Both the position numbers and the translations under genes were made by a program. A stretch of 64,000 bases of DNA from Octopus vulgaris. Its lineage: Eukaryota. Below are positions 28,711 through 41,075 of the stretch, piece after piece. Position 1 is the first letter of the stretch. The number at the start of each line of letters is the position of its first letter. Below the pieces are notes generated by a model. The model was not told the origin of the DNA and ran no database searches. It saw only the letters and a program-made list of their open reading frames with translations. The stretch covers positions 39,060,001-39,124,000 of the forward strand of contig OX597830.1 in NCBI GenBank assembly GCA_951406725.2. The letters are read 5' to 3'.

Positions 28711-29025
28711 TTCTTTTCTTTGTGTCAGTCATTAGACTGCGGCCATGCTAGAGCACCGCCTTGAAGAGTTTTAGTCAAACAAATTGACCCCAGAAATTAT
28801 ATTATTTAAGCCTAGTACTTATATCATCGGTTTCTTTTTGCCGAGCCACTAGATTGGGGAGACGTAAATACAGCAACACCGGCTATATACAACGTGCTTC
28901 TTTCAGATTCCCTCTACCAAATACACTCACAAGGCTTTGGTCGGTCAAAGTGCGACGCCGTGTGACTGAACCCGGTACCACATGGTTGAGAAGCACATTT
29001 CTTACCACATAGCCACGCCTGCGTC
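28711..29025 (-). mobile_element. Family 'C' CORE-SINE (internally deleted)
   Basis: Reverse strand head GACGCAGGCGTGGCTATGTGGTAAG and tail GGCGGTGCTCTAGCATGGCCGCAGTCTAATGACTGAC. Confidence 0.85.
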
Positions 29026-29124
29026 TATATTGACAAAACAATTTTTAAAATGTGAACCTATAGCCAAGTTGGAATATTATCCTCATAGGCGCAGGAGTGG
29101 CTGTGTGGTAAGTAGCTTGCTTAC

Positions 29125-31144
29125 CTAGAATGCAACACTAGTTGGTCTGGACTGTTACAGTGAACAGATGTGAGTTTCGGCTCCGCGAATAGAAAAAAAG
29201 AACAAAAGAAATATTGTCAATTATGGCTCGCTATAGTGAGCAAAATACTGGTTTCTCATCACCGTAACGGTGAATTGAGAATTTTTTTGAAAATTCTTCT
29301 TGTGAATCCTAGTGGGCGTATCTCGCCAGAAAAATAAGAATAAGCCATTTGGATTACCTTTTGGATTACCTTTTTGGAGTATTATACATAAGATTCCCTG
29401 TCTGTGCTATTTGTGAGGTTTTCCTTTACTTTTCCCTTCTATTTTTTCTTTCTTTCTAAATTTTGGTTCAGTCTTTTCACTACTTTAATTTCAGTTTCCT
29501 CCCCTCCTCTTTTATTTTGTTTTATTTTTATTCGGTTTAATTTTTTGGCAGACTGTCTTTTGAACTACTTTTGAACTGTTTTTTGACATGGCAGAGAAGG
29601 AACTTAAAAAGAAAAACTCTGTCTTAGAGTGGGAAATTAACCCGCCTAAGCAATGGTTAAAAGATATGGAGGAGAAGACGATGGTACTTAAAACGTATTC
29701 TAAAGTTCTTAATTCCATCACTGTCTTCCCAAAACAAGTCATAAAAAATTAACTTAAAGAACATTTGTCATCTGTAAAATATATATCCCGTGGTGTCAAA
29801 CAAGCAACCGTATGGTTGCTGTTTGACAACGGGTAAAAGGCTCGCCAGTTTGCGAGTCAGCCTTTAGAAGGCAAGGAAATTCTGTTTCTCCCGTCATATT
29901 GTAGAAGAAAATTAATACGAGCCTGGGTATGTGGGCTCCCCCCGGGCACCGAAGCGGATTGGATTGAAGATGCCATCCGACGGGGACTGGGAGATGGCGG
30001 GCCCAGGCTCTTAAATGTAGGAATATTGCCGGCGGTCGATTGGGAAGGGTAAAAAGCGATTTTGACCCTGTGGAACCCATCGGCCGCAACAGAACTGATT
30101 TTTCCAGATTTCTTGAAAATGGCTGGCTGCAGGTATCCGGTGATACTTGAGGGACGTCCCCCAAAGTGTCACTCGTGCCTGCAGCCAGGTCACATTAAAA
30201 GGAACTGCCCCAGGACCATGGTAAGGTCCTGGAACAGTCACTAGATGCCACCTCCCCTACCTGGTCAAAGGGAGAGGTGGATGTCATCGAGGAGGCTTCA
30301 GCCTCCTCAACTCAAAAAGGATTAAAAGGGAAGAAGGAACCTAAGGCTTCGGAAGGCGGGGGAGAGTCTCCGGACAAAGCGGAAGAGCTCCACTCTCCCG
30401 AAGCCAGGAAGAAAAGAAAAAAAAAGGAAGAAGAACGGGTCATCTCAGCGGGGAGATGATGTGCCGACTGCATGTCCCGAGGTTGTGCCACCCACAGTGG
30501 AAGAAACCACCCAACTCTTAAAGATGATCAATTAATTATCTTTTTCTACAAGGGCGGGGAGGTGGAAAAAATAGTAGAAGAACATAAAGAAACAGTAGAT
30601 ATGCCCTTCACACGGGATCCCGAATGGCCCCCGCAGATAGCTGTGGAGGTCATAAGGTTTCCCTTGTGGGAAAGGCTTAAAGAATTTGGGGAGCAGTGTC
30701 GCATATGGCCGGGTGGCCCTTACACGACTTACAAGTCCTACATGAGTGAAGCATGAGAAATGGCGGGATACAGGAACTCAAGCGGCATTGAAGATAATGA
30801 TAAATATATCGATGGATATATCGAAGATTAGGAGGTGAAAGACCCTCGTTACAGGGTTTGAAACCTCATCTTATCGGATTATTTTGTAGTGGTTTATAAC
30901 CTCAATTTTGTGGTTTAAGAAAGAAAAAAAGAAAACATGTTAAGTAAGAGGTTTTAGTGCCTCCTCCCTGTAAGAGATTCGAAAACTCAAATTGATTTAA
31001 AAAAAAAAAGGAAAATATGTTTTCGAGAAAAATCCAATCGGTGGGTGTCTCTCATTTATTCATTAAATTTCATTTTCATTCATTAATGTATTTGTCCAGC
31101 CTGCAAAGCTCTTTGTACTGTCCATATGACAAATTTATGAAATA
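29125..31144 (+). mobile_element. ORF1-only non-LTR retroelement (HAL1-like; L1/Tx1-type ORF1)
   Basis: Perfect 15-bp TSD AAGTAGCTTGCTTAC (29110-29124, 31145-31159). Ends in AATAAA; 5' UTR ~460 bp; single degraded ORF; no RT or endonuclease sequence recognised. Confidence 0.85.
29588..30756 (+). pseudogene. Gag-like ORF1 protein (two RRM-like segments + CCHC zinc knuckle + charged tail), disabled
   Basis: One frame from ATG 29588 (MAEKELKKK...RAWVCGLPPG...YPVILEGRPPKCHSCLQPGHIKRNC) carries three in-frame TAA stops. A frameshift near 30244-30277 continues it to TGA 30756 through one more stop. Confidence 0.8.
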
Positions 31145-32284
31145 AAGTAGCTTGCTTACAAACTACATGGTTCCGGGTTCAGTCCCACTGTGGGGTAGCT
31201 TGGGCAAGTGTCTTCTACTATAGCCTCGGGGCGACCAAAACCTTGTGAGTGGATTTGGTAGAGGGAAACTGAAAGAAACCCGTCGTATATATGTATATGT
31301 ATATGTGTGTTGGTGTTTGTGTGTCTGTGTTTATCCCCCCACCAACATCGCTTGACAACTGATGCTGGTGTGTTTATGTCCTCGTAACTTAGCGGTTCGG
31401 CATAAGAGACCGATAGAATAATTACTAGGCTTACAAAGAATAAGTCCTAGGGTCGATTTGCTCGGCTAAAGGCGGTGCTCCAGCATGGCCGCAGTCAAAT
31501 GACTGAAACAAGTAAGAGAGTCATTGATAGTGGATTGGCGGAAACAAATAAACATCTGAGGAAAATCTTTGTTGTATGTATACGGTATTTTCGCTTCCGA
31601 ATTAAAATTCTACCTGAATTAATTGTGGCTTTTTTTTTCTTTCTTTCCGGGATCGATAAAAAATACGAGTCAAGTACAGCTATCACTTTAATGAATAAAA
31701 ACACTGCCAGTATTTTTGTTTGGTCTTGTGCCAATGTTACTAATCAACATAACTGATAAGCAGGACAGCGATAATATGTTGGACATTAGCACTGCAATAT
31801 AATTGCCTATTTATGTTCTTAAATGCCGCTATGCTCAACTTTTGTCATCTCTCTAGGGTTACTGAAATAAAATTCTAGTCAGGTGCTAGGATGAACGCTA
31901 TATACGTAAATATTTTTCCAACGTATACGCAATAATGGTAAAGCTAGAAAACAATATTTTATATGTCATTAACATTTTTTCACTTATTCTTTTCGGTTCA
32001 TATTTCATTTCTTAGATTTTGGTCTCCAGAGTGTCTGGCTATCAACGTATAATTCTTCGATAATAAAGGCGGAAAATTGTTAAAGACACCTGCATTAACA
32101 CAATATACCGCTTCAATAATTTTCACACAATTGCAATATGTGACTTATTATACCACAAAATGTCACATATGAATGTGCGTCTATGTGAGTATGTGTCAGG
32201 ATGTGAGGCTGTATTATGAATATACTAATATATACAGATACACATATGTGTTTGTATTTGTATATAAATATGTATACACAAAGT

Positions 32285-32515
<231 letters not shown>

Positions 32516-32920
32516 CAAATAAATCATTGTATATGCGTCTGTGTGTTTGTTTCTGTTTGCTTGCGAGTGTGTGAGTGTGCGCGCCTGTTTCCGCATATGA
32601 TTTTCTATGTATTTCAATATAAGTGATTGTCAGAAATACCCGATTCCTGTGTGTATGAAAACAATTTTCCGAATAAAGTTATATAATTAGAAGGCAATCT
32701 AGAAGTAGTAATTCACACAACTGTACGTAGCACAACAGCTATAACAGGATAGGAAAACACTAGTGGAATAAAAACTTGGTAAAACTTATTCAATGAGATT
32801 TAATCAAATAATGAAGAACAAGACAAGTTAGTATATCATCATTTAATTTTCAATTCACAAAACGCAGATGCTCTATAATGATGAACATGGGACGTATTTT
32901 ATCATTTTAGACTGAAATAT

Positions 32921-33531
32921 GTTTTGGCACACCGTCGCTTACGACGATGAGGGTTCCAGTTGATCCGATCAACGGAACAGCCTGCTCGTGAAGTTAACGT
33001 GCAAGTGGCTGAGCACTCCACAGACACGTGTATGCTTAACGTAATTCTCGGGTGTAACAAGGCTGGCCCTTTGAATTACAGGCACAACAGAAACAGGAAG
33101 TAAGAGTGAGAGAAAGTTGTAGTGTAAGAGTACAGCAGGTTCTTATTTCTTTATTGCCCACAAGGGGCTAAACTTTGAGGGGACAAACAAAGACAGACAA
33201 AGGGATTACATCGACCCCAGTGCGTAACTGGTACTTAATTTATCGACCCCGAAACGTGAAAGGCAAAGTCGACCTCGGTGGAATTTGAACTCAGAACGTA
33301 AAGACAGACGAAACTCCGCTAAGCATTTCGCCCGGTGTGCGAACGTTTCTGCCAGCTCGTCGAGTACAGTAGGGTTCGCCAGTATCCCCTGCCGGAGCTT
33401 CGTGGAACTTTAGGTGTTTTCGCTCAATAAACACTCACAACGCCAAGTCTTGGGATCGAAATCGCGCTCCTATGACCGCGAGTCCGCTGCCCTAACCACT
33501 GGGCCATTGTGCCTTCACAGTCGGCGCTTCC
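32921..33531 (-). mobile_element. Family 'R' SINE with a nested family 'M' SINE (33140-33361)
   Basis: Inner TSD GAGTACAG(C/T)AGG at 33128-39 and 33362-73; outer direct repeat GACTGAAATAT at 32910-20 and 33532-42. Confidence 0.9.
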
Positions 33532-34322
33532 GACTGAAATATATGATCAAATGAATTTTACGTTTATATATTTGTTTTGCAAGAAGCCTGCTGTGAAATC
33601 ATATGTTGAAACAGTAATTGTGATATTTCGGGAAGGTCATTATATTTTATTTATTTGTCATTATTATTTTTTTTTTCTTTGCAAAATAAACACATATGGG
33701 TTGGCGAGTCGGTGAAAAGTTAATAGGATGTATGACAAAAAATATCCAGATAATGAGCATAAAATAAGGACAAAAATAAGTCTAAGGTGAAGAACGAATA
33801 TATGGTGCGTGCGTTTATTTGGCTAAAAGAATGACCGTCCCGAGATATACAAATATTATCAAAGGTGAACTCCGTTATTCAAATGGTCACGAAAGTGAAC
33901 TCTGTCATTCAGCCACAGAAGAATTATCAGAGAAATGACCATACCGTCAAGGAAACACACTAGACACTAACTGCGTGCATCAGCGGTTTTAGAGGGTGGT
34001 CTTGGATCTATAAGGTTGGGTTGTAGAGGAAAATAGAGAAGCAAAAATCGAGTGAAGTGAATATATCTCTTACTAATGTATTTCTTTCTAAATTGAAAAA
34101 CTATTGAGGTTGGCTTTGAAATACATGTACAAAATTTAAATGTTGAAAGATGTTCCACTTGAAGATGAATGCGGGTTAATACACATTCAGACTACTTTGA
34201 AAGTAGCTAATGACTGTCAAACACTGCTCAGTAATTGAAATATTGTAGATGAGCTAAAATTAGGGGTGACGTTAATTTATCAGAAAAGTCACAGTCATAT
34301 ACATACATACATACATACATAT

Positions 34323-34397
<75 letters not shown>

Positions 34398-34719
34398 GAC
34401 TCCGCCGGTTACGACGACGAGGGTCCCAGCTGATACGATCAACGGAACAGCTTGCTCGAGAAATTAACGTGCAAATGGCTGAGCATTCCACAGACACGTG
34501 TACCCTTAACGTAGTTCTCGGGGATAATCAGCGTGACACAGAGAGTGACAAGGCTGACCCTTTGAAATACAAGTACAACTCATTTTTGCCAGCTGAGTGG
34601 ACTGGAGCAACGTGAAATAAAGTGTCTTGCTCAAGGACACAACGCGTCGCCGGGAATCGAACTCACAACCTTACGATCATGAGCCGAATGCCCTAACCAC
34701 TAAGCCACGTGCCCTCACC
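34398..34719 (-). mobile_element. CORE-headed SINE sharing its 3' body with family 'R'
   Basis: Head GTGGCTTAGTGGTTAGGG...GAGTTCGATTCCC...GTGTCCTTGAGCAAGACAC. The 3' half is near-identical to 49845-50020; flanked by (TA)n. Confidence 0.88.
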
Positions 34720-34720
34720 A

Positions 34721-34819
<99 letters not shown>

Positions 34820-34823
34820 TAAA

Positions 34824-35150
34824 GGCGTAGGAGTGGCTGTGTGGTAAGTGGCTTGCTTACCAACCACATGGTTCCGGTTTCAGTCCAACTGCGTGGCACC
34901 TTGAGCAAGTGTTTTCTAGTATAGCCTCGGGCCGACTAAAGCCTTGTGAGTGGATTTGGTAGAGAGAAACGGAAAAAAAGCCCGTCGTATATATGTTTTT
35001 GTATATATATATATATATATGTGTGTATGTGTGTGTGTGTGTGTTTGACAACCGATGCTGGTGTGTTTACGTCCCCGGTAAAATAAGTACTAGGCTTACA
35101 AAGAATAAGACCTGGTGTCGCAGTCAATTGATTGAAACATGTAAAAGAAT
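34824..35150 (+). mobile_element. Family 'C' CORE-SINE
   Basis: GGCGTAGGAGTGGCTGTGTGGTAAG...CACCTTGAGCAAGTG... Confidence 0.9.
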
Positions 35151-35170
35151 AAAGAAAAAGGAAAGAAAGA

Positions 35171-35205
<35 letters not shown>

Positions 35206-35833
35206 TGTATGTATGTATGTATGTATGTATGTATATATGTATGTGTGAGTGTGTTTGTAAATGTCGACAAGAATGAGTGCCCCAATACCGCATTCGTGGA
35301 TAGAATTTCTTTATTCCTGTATTAAGGGTACAATTGATTTCATAGTAATAATAAATATCTTAATGTTTCAAAACTGTTTTAAAAAATAAAGACAGAGTTA
35401 GGTGAGGGAACAAAAGAAAGAAGGTATATTAGTTTGATGTTCAGAAAAGAATGGATGAGTCTCTGACATTTCGAGCCTATGCTCTTCTACAGAAAGGAAC
35501 GGGGTGACAAAACAGATGGAGAGATGAATTTAAAAAAAACGGAGAGGAAGGTGGGAGGTAGAAAGGCAGATAAATACAGCTAGATTCATATCGTGCATTT
35601 ACAAGGAATACGCATTTACAAGGAATACCCGTTAGAGAATAAAGAAAAGAAACATAATCAAATAGACACACACGCATAACCACACAGGGGCACACACATG
35701 CACGCATACAAATATATGCACACTGACACGCAAAGTCAAACCTATATAAATATCTGTATACACACACACATATATACTAATACTACTACTACTAGCGGTG
35801 ATGGTGGTGCTGATGGTGGTGGTTTTAGTGGTG

Positions 35834-35894
<61 letters not shown>

Positions 35895-36195
35895 AGTAAG
35901 CGAAAAACTAATGTGCATTTGTGTATTACTACACGCGTTTCCGTGGCGTTATTATCCTTAATTCAGAAAACGGTTATATTATATATTTCCGCCTGTAACT
36001 TATTGCAACACTATGTAACACTACGCACATTTGTATTTTCATAACGCGTCACTTCCTCAGGAGGTATTTTTGATGTGGCACAAAATATTTAGTGATATAT
36101 GATAATTCAGTTCTATATTTAAGAGATGAGAAATTATGTACACTATTTACATTATTTACATTTGACGGATATTTGTTCTCATCTTGTTTGTCGTT

Positions 36196-36241
36196 AACAC
36201 AACGTTTCGACTGATATACTCTCCAGGCTTCATCAGGGGTC
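36196..36241 (-). ncRNA. Minimal type I hammerhead ribozyme motif (copy A)
   Basis: Reverse strand GACCC-CTGATGA-A-GCCTGGAGAGTATATCAGTC-GAAA-CGTT-GTGTT. Confidence 0.65.
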
Positions 36242-36296
36242 TTGGGGAAATTTCGAACCAGGGTTCTTATTCCTAAGGTATTTTTCGATGTTGCTG

Positions 36297-36363
<67 letters not shown>

Positions 36364-37262
36364 GTTTGACTTTTGCTTTATGTTTGTACAAGTTGGCTCC
36401 AAGTCTCACCCAGAGACCTCAAGAGACAACAGGTTGGAAGTTCAGGTTGTTGTTATGCCCAGTGTGCCATATATTCGGGGGGGGGAGGTTGTTTGTGTTG
36501 TACTAGTGAATGTCTAATAAATAAATTAAAAAAACAAGAAGTTTGTATTAAACCTTGAGATTACATAGAGAGTATTTTGCGTAGGATATGAGCAGTTCCC
36601 ATGAGCACTATCTTTTAAATTTCTGCCATTTTGGGGTTTCCTGGTATCTAAGTTACGTAGTAATCAGCCCCTTTCGCTATCATTCCCAGGGCACCCATGA
36701 CAACAGGTATCGTTTTAGTCTTCAGGTTCCACGTTTTGCTGATTCCTATTTCAAGATCTTTATATTTGCTCAGTTTTTGGTAGGTCTTGACAGATGCGTT
36801 TATATCAATTGGGACAGTCATATCAACGAGGAGGCATGTTCTTTGTCTGAAATCTTTCAATATGATGTCTGGCCTGTTTGCATCTAACTTTCTGTCAGTT
36901 TGAAGGGTGAAGTTCCAGAGGAGTGAGGTGTGGTCAATTTCAAGCACTGGAGGTGGTTTGTGTTCCCACCATTTTTTTTCGTGGGGTAAATCCAGGTTTT
37001 TGCAAATTACCCAGTGAATATATTGTGCAGCTCTATCATGCCTGTTGAGGTACTGTGTAGGCGCTAGAAGACTGCACTTGGAGACAACATGATCAATGGT
37101 TTCATTTTGTTGTCGATATACACGACATGTTGGGCTACTGCCGTTCTTTAATATGTTGGCCTGGTAGTTTCTTGTTGGTAGGCATTGATCTTGAGCTACT
37201 ATGATAAATCCTTCTGTTTCAGATTTTAAGCCAGATTATTATTATTATTATTATTATTATCA

Positions 37263-37303
<41 letters not shown>

Positions 37304-37963
37304 TTAAGCCAGAGGCCATTAGCCATTGATGGGTCAGGGCTTTGTCAATATCTGCATTATTCGCTCTCTTTGGGTATTTGCCATAGAGAGGTTTTTCTTG
37401 CCATTTATTATTCAGAATATATAAGGCCACAGTTTTGACACGTTTTTTCATGCGCTTAGCTTTTTCTGTGCTTGTTTCTTGTATGACTATCTCTAATTCC
37501 GAAATTTGTTGTATTCGGAATTCACTTAGATATTCCTTTGCCTGTTTTGTTACTGAGCATGATGCTTTCTTGTTTTCATGTTTTGAGACAAGTTTTAACA
37601 TCCAGTCCTAAGACTTTTTCAGATAGGTGTCTAGGCCAATTGTAGCAATCTTCATTGTCATTGCCAGTTGTAAAAGACCACGGCCTCCCTCTTTTCTTGG
37701 CAGATAAAGTCGTTCTGTATCTGCCTTAGGGTGGTGCATTCTATGCATTGTCAACAGTTTTCGTATTTTTCTGTCAAGCTGACATATTTCAGTAATTGAC
37801 CGGTTAACGATATTGAAACTGTAAGTCACGACTGGTATGGCTAATGCATTGATCGCTTCGATCCTGTTTCTTGCATTCAGCTCTGTCTTGAGTATTGCTC
37901 TCACTCTTCGATAACATTCTCTCCTGATCCTTTCCTTCATCTCTGAATACCTTATTCCGTCCC

Positions 37964-37964
<1 letters not shown>
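36364..37964 (-). mobile_element. 5'-truncated R4/Dong-like non-LTR retrotransposon (RT thumb, CCHC finger, REL endonuclease)
   Basis: Motifs RLYLPRKEGGRGL, WQEKPLYGKY, GLKSETEGFII-AQDQ, ETIDHVVSKC, RHDRAA, RPDII and KLSKYKDL. Both ends abut (TAA)n, the known Dong target. Confidence 0.9.
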
Positions 37965-38026
<62 letters not shown>

Positions 38027-38033
38027 CATTATA

Positions 38034-38080
<47 letters not shown>

Positions 38081-38279
38081 CATTATTATTATTATTATTA
38101 TTATTCTCTGCCTGGAATCGAACTCAGAATCTTGGGGTTAGTGGCTCGCGCTCTTAACCACTACGCCATATGTCCATGGGCGCAGTGGTTAAGAGCGCGG
38201 GCTACTAGCCCCAAGATTCCGAGTCCGATTCCAGGTTGTGACCTGAATAATAATAATAACGATGATGATGATGATGATG

Positions 38280-38380
<101 letters not shown>

Positions 38381-38461
38381 AACAACAATAATAATAGTAA
38401 TAATAATAACAACATCGAAAAATACCTTAGGAATGAAAACCCACGTTCGAAATTTCCCTAA

Positions 38462-38507
38462 GACACCTGATGAAGGCTGGAGGGTATATCAACCGAAACG
38501 TTATGTT
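38462..38507 (+). ncRNA. Minimal type I hammerhead ribozyme motif (copy B)
   Basis: GACAC-CTGATGA-A-GGCTGGAGGGTATATCAACC-GAAA-CGTT-ATGTT. Confidence 0.65.
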
Positions 38508-38774
38508 AAAATGTAAATAATGTATATGATAATTCAGTTGAATTTTTGACGACTAATTTTGGTTTGTGTACGTCTCCGTAAATAAGAGATTTGCTAAAAG
38601 AGAAAGAGACAATAAGAAGCAGATCCAAAACAAGAATTTTGATCAAATACGTTTGACCAACGTCTTTAAGGTGGCACCCCGGTATGGCCGCCGGCATCAG
38701 ACTGAAACTATTAAAATATTACAGGGGCGTTCAGTAAAAATCTTGCTTCACTAGGTGTCTTAGAGCTGAGGGAT

Positions 38775-38990
38775 ATTCTTTTCTACTCTAGGTAGACGCT
38801 CCGAAATTTTTGGAGAAGGGGTAAGTCGATTAGATCCACCCTAGTATGCAACTGGTACTTAATTTATCGACCATGAAAGGATGAGAGGCAAAGTCGACCT
38901 CAGCGGAATTTGAACTCAGAACGTAAAGACAGACGAAATACCGCTAAGCATTTCCCCGCGCGTGATAACGTTTGTGCCAGCTCGCCGCCC
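38775..38990 (-). mobile_element. Full-length family 'M' SINE
   Basis: 14-bp TSD TAGAGCTGAGGGAT at 38761-74 and 38991-39004. Confidence 0.93.
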
Positions 38991-39029
38991 TAGAGCTGAG
39001 GGATTTTACAAGTCTTTTATTTTTTATCA

Positions 39030-39175
39030 TATACCCGTTTTCCTAAGTCATTACACTGCGGCCATGCTGAGGCCCCGCCTTGAAGAATTTTTAGCCGAAT
39101 GAATCGACCACAGTTCTCTTTTAAACCTAGTACTTATTTTATCGATATCCGTTGTTGTGGGGACGTAAACACACG
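39030..39175 (-). mobile_element. Family 'C' SINE, 3' fragment
   Basis: CTGCGGCCATGCTGAGGCCCCGCC tail and CCTAGTACTTAT. Confidence 0.7.
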
Positions 39176-39840
39176 ATCACAAGTGTGTGTACGTCTATAG
39201 GTTTATTTTTGTTTTATATTTTAAAAGATCGTTAAATATGCACATGTATCTGATGATATAGGAAAACTTCCAAGTTACAATTTAACCACTAAATTCAATA
39301 TCACCCTTGCATCCAATAGATTAATGTCTAAAGGCTTTAACTCTGAATATTTCATTTAGAAATGAGGTAAGAGTTACTAATTTTACTAACTTGCCGAAAA
39401 AACTTTCACATTCAGAATGCGTAAATATAAATAATATATTTCGAGAAGTAATCCAAGACAGGTTGGGAAGAATAAAATTCCTCATTGTGCGAATAATTCG
39501 GGCGGAATCAAGTGAACGTACAAATTCAAAGTGCACGCAGCTGCGAGAGATGATTCATTAACAAGAAAAACAAAAGAGAAAACTTGAAATACAAATGACT
39601 TTAACAATACTTAAGAAAAAATAATGCTCTTTTTCTGATATACAGATGCGAGACAATAATCTTGAAAACAAATTCATTTATTGATTTTAATTCATTCATT
39701 TCTTCCTAAATTTATATCGACTTTCAGACGTTTTTCCCTGAAAGGTGTTTAACATTTTATAACGACAGCATTTTCTGATGTCTAGACATTGGTAGATTTT
39801 ACACACTCTGACGCTCTTGTTTCCTAATTTTGACAGTGTG

Positions 39841-39842
<2 letters not shown>

Positions 39843-39919
<77 letters not shown>

Positions 39920-39922
39920 TGC

Positions 39923-39965
<43 letters not shown>

Positions 39966-39974
39966 CATGCATGC

Positions 39975-40011
<37 letters not shown>

Positions 40012-40015
40012 CATA
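39843..40015. repeat. (CT)n-(TA)n compound microsatellite
   Basis: Directly visible. Confidence 0.95.
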
Positions 40016-40804
40016 TTCATCATAATATGTATGTTTGCAAATATGTAAATATTGTAATTCTGTGTGTGTTATCGTGTGTGTATATGTGTGTTTGTGTGTG
40101 TATGCCTCTCTGTGCGTACATATAAAGATAAATATATGTACATACATTTAAACGTACGAAAGTTGAACAGAATAATGGAGATCTATTGTTAAATAAAAGA
40201 TATTGTATAGGGAATTGGTGTATCTTTTACATCAATCACCTCTTTAACACGCTGAATCATGAACTTCTGAAGATGGTTCAATCTTGTTTAAAGAATTTTG
40301 ATCCGTTCTTCAAGTTCTGCCTGCTTTAGCTTTTCACCGAAGTTGGGGGAGGAAAACAGCAATTCAATAGCTACTTCAAACTGCACCGTAAATTTCGTAA
40401 GTAGCGTACTTCAATTGTGTGGCATATGTATCACTTCTGAATCACATTAGCTGAGTCGGCGCATCGTCAGCCTGGAAGGGTGTGTTATTACCAGGAATCA
40501 ATGCTTGTAAGAGAGGATAAATATGATCAGCCGAAATACCTAGATACTACTTAGCTTTAACTCTGCTACAAAAATTCCTGTGAAATGGCTACCCAACTCA
40601 TCCAGAACCACCTCAATGCTTCACGGTAGGAAGTGGATCTCAAAGTACATTTTACCTGAAAGCAAATCAAAACTTTTGGATTGAAAAATGTCGAGAACAG
40701 CCTTCGATTCTCTGAATTCAAAACGGTTTCCAGCTCAATAGTTACTTTTTATTAGTTATGGTTGTACATGTACTTCGCGATCCAATTCTCGCTAGAAGGC
40801 CAGG

Positions 40805-41075
40805 TTTACTGCTGGAAGGCCATATGTGTAGTAGCAGGATTCGGATCCTTGTCAGACTTCTGGAATGAGTCAGAAGTGGTGGGCCGAGAATCTTTACGTC
40901 TTCACCGGCCCCAATTTCTCGCCTCCTAATTCCCCCGTTTTTATTCCCATTGATTACTATGAGCGCAGTTGAGAAGGACGCCAACCACTCTGCCTCCAAC
41001 TTCAAGACCGAGCTGGTGGCTAACTTCATGGAGGTGATTGAAGATCTTCCCTGGGCCACAATAAGGAACGCATGG
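40805..41075 (+). pseudogene. DD37D (maT-type Tc1/mariner) transposase catalytic fragment
   Basis: GRPYV**QDSDPCQTS...SQKWWAEN...PPNSPVFIPIDYY has exactly 37 residues between the last two catalytic Asp; it continues AVEKDAN...ELVA. Confidence 0.85.

Larger units (their letters stand above)
29088..31520 (+). mobile_element. Family 'C' CORE-SINE split by a 2-kb insertion
   Basis: Head 29088-29124 resumes at 31145 (…CATGGTTCCGGGTTCAGTCCC…CTTGGGCAAGTGTCTT core…tail ending 31520); collinear with the copy at 34824. Confidence 0.92.

Noticed and set aside
38106-38245. Possible pair of genuine tRNA genes
   Set aside because: A/B boxes are present, but there is no proper acceptor stem or oligo-T terminator. 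They are SINE heads linked to (TAA)n and a tail.
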